NCBI GenBank assembly: GCA_963717145.1
Contig: OY970325.1
Span: forward strand, 1,152,001 to 1,216,000
Direction of reading: 5' to 3'
Length of the DNA: 64,000 nt
Source: an uncultured Armatimonadetes bacterium
GTDB taxonomy: Bacteria; Armatimonadota; UBA5829; DTJY01
The notes under the pieces were generated by a model, which worked only from the letters and a program-made list of their open reading frames with translations, was not told the DNA's origin and did no database searches. Shown in pieces: positions 37,073 through 47,151 of the stretch. A program made the position numbers and the translations under genes. How positions within the stretch are numbered: position 1 is the stretch's first letter; every line of letters starts with the position of its first letter.

Positions 37073-37244
37073 CCGGACTTCTGGGCGCGTTATCCAGAAG
37101 TCCGTGCGCGTTATCCAGAAGTCCGGGCGCGTCATCCAGAAGTCCGGGCGCGCTATCCAGAAGTCCGGGCGCGCTATCCAGAACTCTGGATCCGTCATCC
37201 AGAACTCTGGATGCGTTTTTCAGAGCTCTGGATGCGTTACCCAG
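37073..37244. repeat. Tandem array, 8 x 21 bp (CCAGAAGTCCGGGCGCGCTAT)
   Basis: Direct tandem units without spacers, intergenic. Confidence 0.95.
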
Positions 37245-37279
37245 CGACCACACCACGCCTGCGCCAATGATCGCTTGCC

Positions 37280-37693
37280 CTATGCGCTGAGCAAGCCGAT
37301 CGCACACGCGCCTACAACGATCCCGGCGATGCCATACGGGCCGATCTTCTCCTTGAATGCGACTCGCCCGACGAGCGCCACCATCAGCAGCGTGCCCCCA
37401 TTGATGATCGGGAACGCGATATATCCCGGGAGCACCGACGCTGCCGCCATGTTCGCGCTCAGGCCGACCGCCGTCCCGATCCCGCCGATCGCGCCGATCA
37501 CGATGCTCTTCCCCTCGATAGGCTTCTTTTCACGCATCATGTAGACAAGCGCGATCAGGCCCGCGACAGCATAGACGAAGAACAGCACCACAGGAATGAA
37601 GTGCTGCAGTCCGATCTTCCCGACAGCCTGCGTGCAGATCATCGTCAGGCCATTGAATATGAACGACGCAAGCATCAGCCGCCGGTATGTCAT
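37280..37693 (-). CDS. EamA/DMT family transporter half
   Basis: 5 TM helices; FKEKI motif; ATGA overlap with its partner gene. Confidence 0.8.
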   Translation of the reverse strand: MTYRRLMLASFIFNGLTMICTQAVGKIGLQHFIPVVLFFVYAVAGLIALVYMMREKKPIEGKSIVIGAIGGIGTAVGLSANMAAASVLPGYIAFPIINGGTLLMVALVGRVAFKEKIGPYGIAGIVVGACAIGLLSA

Positions 37694-38115
37694 TCCCCCG
37701 ACCTCCCGGCGTCGATGCCCAGAAGCGCGATGGCGACGATCGTCAGCGCGAATCCGGCATAGTGCCTGGCGTGCGGAATCTCATGCCACAGGAAGACCGA
37801 CGCGAGGACCGGGATCACGAGGCCGAGGTTGATGATCGTCCACGAGGTCGATATGCGTCCGAGCGCGACCGCCCTCCGGAAGAGGTAGATGCCGAAGAAG
37901 ATCAGTATCCCATCAACCACTCCGAGTGCGATGGCGTTCCGGGGGAGCGTCCTGATTCCGGTGGTGACCGCGAATACGAGGACGATCACTGCCGCCGATG
38001 CCAGGAGGAAGAAGTTGACCTGCGCCCCGTCGCACTTCCGTCGGTCGGAGAGCTTGTAGGTGATGCCCAGCATGGCGAATGCGACGGCGGCGACGATCGA
38101 GTAGATGTATCCCAC
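37690..38115 (-). CDS. EamA/DMT family transporter half
   Basis: 5 TM helices; IPVLASVFLWHE; GTG start 6 nt after TATAAT (38122-38127). Confidence 0.8.
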   Translation of the reverse strand: MGYIYSIVAAVAFAMLGITYKLSDRRKCDGAQVNFFLLASAAVIVLVFAVTTGIRTLPRNAIALGVVDGILIFFGIYLFRRAVALGRISTSWTIINLGLVIPVLASVFLWHEIPHARHYAGFALTIVAIALLGIDAGRSGE

Positions 38116-38221
38116 GGCGGCATTATACCGCGTGCGGCAGCCCAACGTCTAATGCACCTATCACTGGCGCGTACGGTATTTCAGGATTTGAGTGAGTCTG
38201 CGAACGGAAATCCCGAAATAC

Positions 38222-38285
38222 CATGATGGTTCATGGCGGACCGGCCCGCATCAACCATGAACCATCAACCATCAACCATTCCCCA
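38222..38285. repeat. Heptamer (ACCATCA) inverted tandem repeat
   Basis: atgatggttcatgg ... catcaaccatgaaccatcaaccatcaaccatt. Confidence 0.75.
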
Positions 38286-38287
38286 TC

Positions 38288-39463
38288 CTAATGGTGGAAC
38301 AGCCTCAGCCCGGTGAACGCCATCACCATGCCGTACCCGTCCGCGGCGGCGATGATCTCCTCATCCCTTTGTGCGCCGCCCGGCTCGGAGATGTACTTCA
38401 CGCCCGTGCGGCTTGCTCTGTCGATACTGTCCCTGAATGGGAAGTACGCATCCGACCCGAGCGAGACTCCGGTGAGCTTGTCGAGCCACTTACGCTTCTC
38501 GCCCTTCGTGAACCTCTTCGGGCTGCCGATCAGGTTCTCCATCATCTGCGCCTCTTCCGGCGGCGTGATGTCCTCCAGCAGGAAGAGGTCGATCGCGTTG
38601 TTCTTCTCTGCGCGGTTCATCCCCTCACGGAACTGCAGTTCGAGCACGCGGGGGTGCTGCCTGAGCCACCACAGATCGGCCTTTCCGCCGGCGAGTCGCG
38701 TGCAGTGGACGCGCGACTGCTGACCCGCTCCGATCCCGATCGCCTGCCCGTCTTTCGCGAAGCACACCGAGTTCGACTGCGTGTATTTGAGCGTGATCAG
38801 TGTGACGATCATGTCGCGGACGGCGTTGTCCGGGAGGTCCTTGTCCTTGGTCACGACCTTGCCGAACAGATCCGCGCCGATGCGCACGTCGTTGGCCTGC
38901 TGGAGGAGCGCCACGCCGTAGACCTCTCTGGTCTCGATTACGGGAGCCGTGTAGTCGGGTGCGATCTGCAGGACGAGGTACTTGCCCTTGCGCTTCGCCC
39001 TCAGGAGTGCGAGCGCATCGGCGTCGTACCCGGGCGCGATCACTCCGTCGGAGACCTCGCGGGCGATCAACTTCGCGGTCGAGAGGTCGCAGGTGTCGCT
39101 CAGGGACACGAAATCGCCGAACGACGAGACGCGGTCAGCCCCTCGCGCGCGGGCATATGCCGTCGCGAGGGGTGACAACTCCATGTCATCGACGAAGTAC
39201 GCCTTCCTGAGCACATCATCGAGTGGCATTCCCACTGCCGCGCCCGCCGGACTGACGTGCTTGAACGATGCGGCCGCCGGGAGCGCGAGCGCCTGCCGAA
39301 GCTCCTTCACGAGTTGCCAGCCGTTGAGGGCGTCGAGCATGTTGATGTACCCCGGCGCGCCGCTCAGCACCTCGATCGCGGGGCTCTCGTCGAACAGCAC
39401 GACCTCTGCCGGCTTCTGATGCGGATTCAGCCCATACCGCAGTGGGATGGTTTTCTCTGCCAT
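38288..39463 (-). CDS. purH: AICAR transformylase (PurH C-terminal domain only; no IMP cyclohydrolase domain)
   Basis: LRYGLNPHQ, GYINMLDA, SFKHVSPAGAA, KYTQSNS, GAGQQSRVHC, SDAYFPFRD and RLFHH. Confidence 0.9.
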   Translation of the reverse strand: MAEKTIPLRYGLNPHQKPAEVVLFDESPAIEVLSGAPGYINMLDALNGWQLVKELRQALALPAAASFKHVSPAGAAVGMPLDDVLRKAYFVDDMELSPLATAYARARGADRVSSFGDFVSLSDTCDLSTAKLIAREVSDGVIAPGYDADALALLRAKRKGKYLVLQIAPDYTAPVIETREVYGVALLQQANDVRIGADLFGKVVTKDKDLPDNAVRDMIVTLITLKYTQSNSVCFAKDGQAIGIGAGQQSRVHCTRLAGGKADLWWLRQHPRVLELQFREGMNRAEKNNAIDLFLLEDITPPEEAQMMENLIGSPKRFTKGEKRKWLDKLTGVSLGSDAYFPFRDSIDRASRTGVKYISEPGGAQRDEEIIAAADGYGMVMAFTGLRLFHH

Positions 39464-39480
39464 GATTTCCTCCTTGGAAA

Positions 39481-39508
39481 GACTTTGGACTTTGGACTTT
39501 CGACTTTC
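39481..39508. repeat. Tandem heptamer (GACTTTG)x4
   Basis: gactttggactttggactttcgactttc, just upstream of the purH SD. Confidence 0.8.
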
Positions 39509-39521
39509 TACTCACACAAAC

Positions 39522-39561
39522 AAAAACGCCTGGACGCACATATGATATGTTTGCCCAGGCG
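39522..39561 (-). terminator. Riboswitch expression-platform terminator
   Basis: cgcctgggcaaacatatcatatgtgcgtccaggcg-ttttt; overlaps the aptamer 3' hairpin. Confidence 0.8.
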
Positions 39562-39629
39562 ATCGGCATATCTCAAACCCCGGTGCTTCACGCGGTCAAT
39601 TCCGCTTCATATCGCCAGTCACACCGGGA
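39551..39629 (-). ncRNA. ZMP/ZTP (pfl) riboswitch
   Basis: Minus strand cccggtGTGACTGGCGA...gcggaattgaccgc.tgaagcaccggg...GCCGaTCGCCTGGGCA, upstream of purH. Confidence 0.9.
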
Positions 39630-39657
39630 TCGTTATTCGGTTGAGTAAGAAGACCGG

Positions 39658-40704
39658 TCAGTTCCGTTCCACCCAAGCCACGCGACTCAGCACGCCTTTA
39701 GCGGCAAGTCTCTTCTTGCCTGTGGCGGTATTCACCACCCAGAGATCCTTCTCCACGAAATCCAGCCTCGTCTCGTAGCCACTCTCGGTGCGTTCACTGG
39801 ACCAGTACACGGAGGAGTCTCGTCGCTCCGTAGTCACCTTGCCGGTCTTGAGGTTCAACGTCTTCAGCGTGACGAAATCCTGGCTGTTCTGGTCAAGCGA
39901 CCAGATCGTGCCCATATCCGGATCAGCGCCGCAGAAGAGAACATTCCGCAAATCCAATTGTGGGTATGGCCACCGCCGGGCCTTCCCCAACGGGAAATCC
40001 ACGAGCACCGGCTTCTTGGGCGGGCCCTCACCCGGATAAGATCCGAACCGCACCATCAGCGTGTGATCATCTTTCCAGACGGGCTCAATGTACTCCATAC
40101 TGTCGGTTATGTAGTACAAAGGACGATGGGTAGCCGTATCCAGAACATGCACCCAGTTCTCTCCGTGAAGTGCCAGCATGGATCCGTCAGGAGAGCGAAA
40201 GAGGTCCATGATGACCGAGCGATACGGATCGCCACTTAAGACACGGCGGGAGATCAGGGTATCGAGGTCTAGGGCAAAGAGCCCTCCATCCGTGGGTCCC
40301 CCGCTTTTCTCCCTGGTAACGTGTCTCACGACAAGGAACTCGTTTGGCTTGTCTCCCCAGTCCAGGAACTCGTACGTCTCAGACACCCCATCATGCTTGC
40401 CAAGAATCTCATTAGCCGGCTTCACATACTGCACCTTCGCGGTAGACATGTCCATCAGATACAGACGCGTGTCTCCCGGCCTACCCCAGACCAATATCGT
40501 CTTGTAGTCAGGCGAGATGTCGAGATAACTGGTCGTATGATCGCCAACGCCGGTGGCGAGCAGCTTCTTGTTGCCGCCATCGATGTCTTCGACCCAGATT
40601 GCGCGGTCTTTCTCCAACAGGTAGGCGAGACGTTCCACTGCCCACGCCGGACTGGTGAGGGCCGCAATGATCCCGATGCAAGTGAAGAACCTGCTCAACC
40701 CCAT
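39658..40704 (-). CDS. Secreted TolB/WD40-like beta-propeller protein
   Basis: Signal peptide ending in AWA; ISPD and SPDG blade motifs. Confidence 0.65.
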   Translation of the reverse strand: MGLSRFFTCIGIIAALTSPAWAVERLAYLLEKDRAIWVEDIDGGNKKLLATGVGDHTTSYLDISPDYKTILVWGRPGDTRLYLMDMSTAKVQYVKPANEILGKHDGVSETYEFLDWGDKPNEFLVVRHVTREKSGGPTDGGLFALDLDTLISRRVLSGDPYRSVIMDLFRSPDGSMLALHGENWVHVLDTATHRPLYYITDSMEYIEPVWKDDHTLMVRFGSYPGEGPPKKPVLVDFPLGKARRWPYPQLDLRNVLFCGADPDMGTIWSLDQNSQDFVTLKTLNLKTGKVTTERRDSSVYWSSERTESGYETRLDFVEKDLWVVNTATGKKRLAAKGVLSRVAWVERN

Positions 40705-40760
40705 GATCTTGCCTCTCACGTCCACACGGGAAGGCGCAAAAGCCCTCCTCTCCCCGCTCA

Positions 40761-41063
40761 TCATGAATGCTGCGCCGGGTGCTTGAGCCGTGCCATCAGC
40801 ATCAAGACCATGCCTATCGGTATGGCGAGCGCACCGGCCACCATCAGCACCCATGAAACGGTCTCCGATACCGACGACCGCCCGTATGCCCCTACGAGCC
40901 ACCCAACCGCTACCAGCAGTATACAGAAGCCAGGGTTCACTATGACTCCCCAGACCAGTAACCTGTTGGGGTCGCTTCGCGTCCGCCTCCACCAGAATGT
41001 GATAAAGGCTGTGTTGACGAGTATGGCGATCATCGACAGGACAGTGATCACGTTGTCGTCCAT
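40761..41063 (-). CDS. Small 3-TM hypothetical protein
   Basis: 100 aa, three hydrophobic segments, SD ggggagg. Confidence 0.55.
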   Translation of the reverse strand: MDDNVITVLSMIAILVNTAFITFWWRRTRSDPNRLLVWGVIVNPGFCILLVAVGWLVGAYGRSSVSETVSWVLMVAGALAIPIGMVLMLMARLKHPAQHS

Positions 41064-41097
41064 GGAGGTTCCCTCCCCTGGCTGCTGTCTCAGCCAA

Positions 41098-41202
41098 CTA
41101 CCCACATTTAGAGAATCCGCAGAAGCGGCAGACGATGCAGCCGCTCTCGTGCTCGACCGAGCCTCCGCAATCGGGGCACGCACCCACGAGGCTATCGAGC
41201 AT
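41098..41202 (-). other. Diverged duplicate of the nrdJ 3' end; possible 34-aa Cys4 zinc-ribbon mini-ORF
   Basis: 105-bp direct repeat of 41696-41800 with 12 differences; encodes [34 protein letters not shown]. Confidence 0.85.
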
Positions 41203-41203
41203 G

Positions 41204-41467
41204 CTAACGATAAGCCTCTCTGCGGTGACGAATCCGATAGACTATTATCGTTCCTGCACGATCATCAACCTCGTAGGCGATGCGATAGTCACCGATCCGT
41301 ATTCGGTAGTCGGAGTCAGTGCCAACCAGTTTACGGCTGCCGCGGGGTCGGGGATCGGTGATCAACCCTCTCAGCGCGCTCCCCACGCGCTTCAGAATCG
41401 TGCCCTGAAGCGATTCGAGTTCCTTCCTGGCTGATGGCAGTATGCGGAGTCTATATGCGTCCGGCAT
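41204..41467 (-). CDS. relE: RelE/ParE family toxin
   Basis: [21 protein letters not shown] and HRREAYR. Confidence 0.92.
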   Translation of the reverse strand: MPDAYRLRILPSARKELESLQGTILKRVGSALRGLITDPRPRGSRKLVGTDSDYRIRIGDYRIAYEVDDRAGTIIVYRIRHRREAYR

Positions 41468-41642
41468 CTTCCAGGTCCGCCAAAACTTTCTCCAAGTCTT
41501 CGGGAGTCTCGTTTCGCCGTTCCAGCTTGGCCCGGAGATCGGCGATGTCCTCCATCAGTTCCTCGTACCGCCTGCAGCTTATCACGATCGACTTCCGTCG
41601 ACCCTTCTTATCCACCAAGTACTCGATCTCATGCATACTCAT
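41451..41642 (-). CDS. Antitoxin (RelB/Phd-like)
   Basis: 63 aa, YEELMEDIADL; overlaps the toxin gene; SD ggagg; extended -10 TGgTATACT at 41677-41685. Confidence 0.8.
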   Translation of the reverse strand: MSMHEIEYLVDKKGRRKSIVISCRRYEELMEDIADLRAKLERRNETPEDLEKVLADLEDAGRI

Positions 41643-41695
41643 CCGGTCGCCTCCGCGGTACATCCACATCCAGGTTAGTATACCACATGGTCAGC

Positions 41696-43918
41696 CTACC
41701 CGCACTTCGAGAAGCCGCAGAAGCGGCAGACGATGCAGCCGCTCTCGTGCTCGACCGAGCCCCCGCAGTCGGGGCACGCGCCGACGAGGTTGTCCAGCGT
41801 GCTCGACCATTTGGAGACCGTGCTCTCCGCCGTGCCGGTCTGCTTGTACTGCATGTAGTGCTCCAGCGCAATCCCGATCGCATCCGGGCAGGAGAGTACT
41901 CGTCCGCCGTTATCCCAGGTCGGCGACGGGCAGACGTTCCCCCTGAGCTGCTTGATGACGGACTCGGCCTTCACGCCGGCTCGGAGCGCCGCCGAGATGA
42001 CCCTCGATACCGCATCGAGCTGACTCGAAGCGCATCCGCCGGACTTGCCCATCCGCGCGAAGACCTCGCAGAGGCCGTCCTCGTCCTCGTTGATCGTGAC
42101 ATAGAGGCTCCCGCATCCGGTCTTGACCTTCTCCGTGACGCCATAGGTCCGCACCGGTCTCGGCCTCGGAGCGAGTACTCCAGGCACCGCCGCTTCCGCG
42201 TCTTTCTTGGCGCCGACGCTGAGCACCTGTTGGGACCTGCTGCCGTCGCGGTAGACGGTCACGCCCTTGCATCCCACCCGGTACGCCAGCTTGTAGACCT
42301 CAGTGACATCCTCGGTGGTCGCGGAGTTCGGGAAATTGACGGTCTTCGAAACCGCGTTGTCCACGTACTTCTGGAACGCGGCCTGCATCTTGATGTGCCA
42401 CACGGGCGCGATATCGAGCGCCGTGACGAACGACGCGCTGCACGTCCGGCGGCACCGCTTCGAGGCCGCGAACCGTCCCGTGGCGCGCGATCTCCTTCAT
42501 CAGCGACTCGCTGTAGAAGCCTCGGTCTCGGCCATCTCCTCGAACATCGGGTTGACTTCGACCAGCTCCGTGCCGTCGAGTACCGTGCGGACGTAGGACA
42601 CGGCGAAGAGCGGCTCGACCCCGCTCGAACAGGCGGCGATGATCGAGAGCGTGCCGGTCGGCGCGATGGTGGTGACGGTCGCATTCCTCATCCTGAGGCC
42701 CTCGGGCACGTCGTAGATGCTGCCCTCGAAGTTCGGGAAGACTCCGCGCTCGCCGGCCAGCTCGCCGGACATCTGCTGCGCCTCGTTGTGGATGAACGCT
42801 CATGACCTCCTCGGCGATGCTCGATCGCCTGCTCGGAGTCATACGGGATGCCCAGCTTGATCAGCATGTCGGCGAACCCCATCACGCCGAGGCCGATCTT
42901 CCGGTTGCCGCGAACCATGTCGGCGATCTCGGGCAGCGGGTACTGGTTCACGTCGATGACGTTGTCCAGGAACCGAACGGCGGTCCGAACCGTCTTCCCG
43001 AGCTTCATGTAGTCGATCTTCGGCTCACCCTCTGTCGTGACCATCGTGGCGAGGTTGATCGAACCCAGGTTGCACGCTTCGTAGGGCAGGAGTGGCTGCT
43101 CGCCGCAGGGGTTGGTGCTCTCGATCTCGCCGAGCCTGGGAGTCGGGTTGTCGCGGTTGATGCGGTCGATGAAGATGATCCCCGGCTCGCCGTTCCGCCA
43201 GGCCATGTTGACGATCAGGTCGAAGACCTTGCGGGCGTTCAGCGTCTTGGCGACCTCCTTGGTGCGCGGGTTGATGAGGTCGTAGTCCTCGCCCTTCTCG
43301 ACGGCCTCCATGAACTCCTCGGTCAGCAGAACGGAGATGTTGAAGTTGGTGAGGCTGGTCGTTGTCCTTCTTGCAGGTGATGAAATCGAGTATGTTCGGG
43401 TGATCTACCCGCAGGCAGCCCATGTTCGCGCCCCGACGAGTGCCGCCCTGCTTGATCGCTTCGGTGGCGGAGTTGAAGACCTCCATGAAGGAGATCGGGC
43501 CGCTGGAGACACCGTTCGTGGACTGAACGACATCGTTCGCGGGACGGAGGCGTGAGAACGAGAATCCGGTGCCGCCGCCGCTCTTGTGGATCAGCGCGGT
43601 GTGCTTGATCGTCTCGAAGATGCTCTCCATCGAGTCCTCGATCGGCAGGACGAAGCATGCCGCGAGCTGCCCGAGTTCGCGGCCGGCGTTCATCAGCGTC
43701 GGGCTGTTCGGCAGGAACTCAAGGTCCGACATCATGCGGTAAAACTCCTCCTCGATCTCCATGACCTCGGCGTCCGACTTGCCATAGTTCCGCTCGGCCT
43801 CTGCGATCGCCGACGCCACTCGATGGAACATCCCCTCCGGCGTCTCGATGCAGCTGCCGTGTTCGTCCTTCTTCAGATACCGCCTCTCGAGCACTGTGAT
43901 AGCATTCTGTGTGAGCAT
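41696..43918 (-). CDS. nrdJ: Class II (B12-dependent) ribonucleotide reductase with TSCPD and zinc-ribbon C-terminus; about 5 frameshifts (probable errors)
   Basis: [56 protein letters not shown] and SCPD over several frames. Confidence 0.92.
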
Positions 43919-43930
43919 CTTCTCCTCCGT

Positions 43931-44004
43931 AATGGTTAATGGTTCATGGTCGATGGCTCATGGGCTCCCCATTAACCATCAAGCATCAACCATTCCCCAT
44001 CAAC
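43931..44004. repeat. Heptamer (ACCATCA) inverted tandem repeat overlapping the nrdR stop
   Basis: atggttaatggttcatggtcgatgg ... ccattaaccatcaagcatcaaccattccccatcaacc. Confidence 0.8.
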
Positions 44005-44452
44005 CGTGTGCCAGTCCCTCGACCAGCTCTTTGAACTGCGTGACGTCCTCGAACTCGCGATATACCGATGCGAACCTGATGTATGCAACTTTGTCCAGCA
44101 TTCTGAGCTTTTCCATTACCATTTCGCCCAGAACCGTTGTACCGACCTCGCGATCACCCTGGTTGTTCAGCGCCCGTTCTATCTCCTCGACGGCTTCCGC
44201 GAGCTGCGCCATGCTCACGGGCCGCTTCTCGCAAGCTGTGAGCATCCCCTTAAGGATCTTTGAACGATCGAACGGTTCTCGTCGCAGATCCTTCTTGATC
44301 ACCATCAGACGCATTTCCTCGATCTCTTCGTAGGTGGTGAACCTGCGCGCGCACGCCAGGCACTCACGGCGGCGCCTTATTCCACCGCCGTCACGCACGG
44401 CGCGGGAGTCGAGCACTTTGTCATCATTGTGTCCGCAGTAGGGGCATTTCAT
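44000..44452 (-). CDS. nrdR: Transcriptional repressor NrdR
   Basis: MKCPYC, IRRRRECLAC, RFTTYE, ATP cone and AYIRFASVY. Confidence 0.97.
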   Translation of the reverse strand: MKCPYCGHNDDKVLDSRAVRDGGGIRRRRECLACARRFTTYEEIEEMRLMVIKKDLRREPFDRSKILKGMLTACEKRPVSMAQLAEAVEEIERALNNQGDREVGTTVLGEMVMEKLRMLDKVAYIRFASVYREFEDVTQFKELVEGLAHG

Positions 44453-44472
44453 GATGTAATATCGACAAGGGA

Positions 44473-44525
44473 ATACAAGGTGTTGTGGTACGCCCCAGTG
44501 TACCACACTATATGTTCCACGTCAA
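44473..44525 (-). promoter_or_regulatory. nrdR-nrdJ promoter with two tandem NrdR boxes
   Basis: TTGACG-N17-TACACT; boxes atacaaggtgttgtgg (44473) and acactatatgttccac (44505), 32 bp apart. Confidence 0.7.
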
Positions 44526-44574
44526 GCGCTTTTTGAACCAAAACGGGGAATAGTTGCGGGGACGTAGGATTGAT

Positions 44575-44651
44575 CGGGATGGATGCTGAATCAAGTTCAG
44601 CATGACACTAGCGCGACACGTCATGCTGAACTAGATTCAGCATCCATCCCG
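44575..44651. repeat. GTCATGCTGAA-type palindromic pair
   Basis: 32-bp arms cgggatggatgctgaatcaagttcagcatgac / gtcatgctgaactagattcagcatccatcccg. Confidence 0.85.
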
Positions 44652-44660
44652 GAAAACCTT

Positions 44661-47143
44661 CTACTGGTCGCTCGTGATCGCCGGGATGCGGTCGGTGAGA
44701 AAGAACTCGATGTCGTAGTCCACTTCGAGGAAATGCGGAACGATCACGCGGGCGCACTCCCAGTCACCCTCGAGGTCGAGAGCGAACACCGACCACGAGT
44801 ATCCCGACCGGATGCGCGGTACGAGCGGCGGCACCCTGTACGCCTCCATCCAGATTCCGTCGAGCCAGATCGCGCACTGGGCCATTCGAGGGTCGGCCGA
44901 TGGTCGGACGGGCATCCCGTCCTTGCGATACCGTATGATCACGACCATGCTCGACACTTTGGCATGCGGCCAGTCCTCGCGACACGTACTGCTGCTCGAG
45001 TACCCGAGCGGACGGATGACGAGATCATCCTGCCTCGTGATACTCGGGTCGTCGACCGCGACGTAGAACATGTTCGCCCGCCCAAAGCCCAGATGAGCGT
45101 ATTCACGCGTGCCGGGGTAAAACAGCCTGGATGAGCCGCCGAAGATACCGGAGGGCAGGTTATTGATGTACAGCTCCCCAGTCAAGCTGCAGAGGTCAAC
45201 CAGAACCGGATGACCTTCCCACTCCTTCGGAATCATCGGGAGGCACCTGAACGCCGACCCGGTGCGGTAGAACACCCTCTCGAGTGGGAGCGACAGACCC
45301 ATCGCGCCGTCGGAAGGCGGCGAGACCGCCGTGATCGGCATCGGATACTTGCCGACATTCTCGATGCGGGATTCGAACAGCTCGTAATGCTGTCGTGACG
45401 GGCTGATCTCGAGCAGCTTCAGCTCCCAAGGGTTGAACCGCAGATCACAGCTCTCCCACTCGAGCATACTGGCCGCCTGAGTGCTCGGGAACAGCTCGAT
45501 GACCATGTTGCGGATCTCAGGGGCGCACCCGAAATCGAGGGCCTGCAGTTCGACGGTCCGCGCGACCCATGTCGGGTTGTAGATCGCGACCATCCCGCGG
45601 CCGTCTTTGATATTGGCGTATCCGTAGACCTCGCCGGAAGCCGGGTCGCCCATGACGCGCCTGGCGTGGCCATACGACTGCTTGGAGGCGCTGTGATGCT
45701 GAGCCAGCCGCTGCAGGAATAGCTTGTCCTCGTCATCCAGAATCGAGAGGTCGCCCGCGACGCATAGCTGGTTGCACCTGGCCATGGACATTATCACGCT
45801 CTTCCGCCAGAACTGCTTGCCGCTCCAGAAAGCCGCATCGGAAAAGCTGATGTTCGTGCTCAAATCGAGTTCGAAGAAACGACGATCCAGGTCCACTTTG
45901 ATCATCTGGCTGTCTCGAAGGCTCGGGGCGGGTGTATCCGATAGATCGCCGTCGCCGAGACCCGCGTAGTCGGCATGCCTGAGCCACCAGGGAGACCGGG
46001 AGAAGCCGGTCACGTGGACGATGATCTCAGGATCGGCCGACTTCAACTGCGTGAGGAGATCGATCATCCGCCGGGCAGACGTGTAATCCTCATACTTGCC
46101 GGATTCCTGCGACTCGGCATGTATTCGGGCGAGCTTGAGCCCGAATGCCGAGTTGAGATCCAGGATAGACCGCTTCAGGTTGTCGATGGCGTCCTCGAAA
46201 GCAGGATAGCGCAGCCCAAACCACATGCCGAGACGCAGCTTCGACTCAGCAAGACCGGCGGTGATCTGCGCGAAGCTGTCACCGGGGAACTTCGTGTCGC
46301 GGTCGATGGAGTACCGGCCGGTCGCGAGAGGATCCTCTCCCTCAGCCCAGTAGCCGTAATCGACCATCAGGTGCTCGATGGGAATGTGCCAGTTCGCCTT
46401 CAGGTCGGCCAGATGACTCAACTGCTCGCGAACGATCGTCGCGTTCGGTCCCTCATATTCGTGGGCGCCCCACGTGCCATAGGATGTGAAGAGGCGGTCG
46501 GACTTGCGGACGCGGAACTCGTCGGTGTATCGGTGCAGAGCGGCTTCCGGATCATCCGGGGCAAATTCGAGAAGCGCGCGCTCGGTCTCATACGATTCGC
46601 CCGGCTCGATGGCGACAGCCGGGTAGTACTCCAGGATGCAGCTTCCGTCCACGAGCCTGTTCTCGGCCTCGGGGTATTCGATGGCGAAATAACCGAGTCC
46701 TCCGACGAAGATCGGCCATCCGCGTCCCCCACCCCAGGCGTATGCATCGGGTGCGAGCGGAAAGCGCTCGAGGACGACATCGAACAGGATCAGTTGACGG
46801 TCGCCGGTATTGGTGACGGTCGACCACTTGCGCAGCCTCGGACCGGGGCCGGCGCTGAAGTGGACCGCGATGGCCACGGCGCTGTCGGGACACTCGAAGC
46901 TCAAGATGGCGTGGCTGTCGTCGCCGCTCTCACCGACGAACCGGCACACCGAGGCGGAAACGTCGATGGACGGCCCCTCGCTGCTCGGACCTCCGAGGCG
47001 CAGGAGGAACTCGGAGATCGCTTCGGGAACGATCCTCGCCGTTCCGTTGAGATCCCCATCTCGAGGGTACGGTAATCCCCGATGCCGACCACTCTGTATG
47101 CGCCCGGCGATTCGGGACTGGCTATTCGTATGGACTGACTCAA
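44661..47143 (-). CDS. Large hypothetical protein, alpha-galactosidase (GH27/GH36)-like TIM barrel; probable frameshift near 47055
   Basis: MVDYGYW, KFPG, LGMWF and SPWWL patterns. The main frame is open far upstream without a start codon; a TTG start with SD lies in the adjacent frame across a G run. Confidence 0.55.
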
Positions 47144-47151
47144 TGAAACCT

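Noticed and set aside
39658-41669. Integron cassette array
   Set aside because: No integron integrase and no recognisable attC sites (RYYYAAC...GTTRRRY) between the genes.
41696-43918. Intein, intron or naturally split nrdJ
   Set aside because: The fragments join by single-base shifts to a normal-length protein; no splicing motifs or extra sequence are present.
44453-44660. Cobalamin riboswitch upstream of nrdR-nrdJ
   Set aside because: No B12-box was recognised; the space is explained by the promoter, NrdR boxes and a palindromic repeat.
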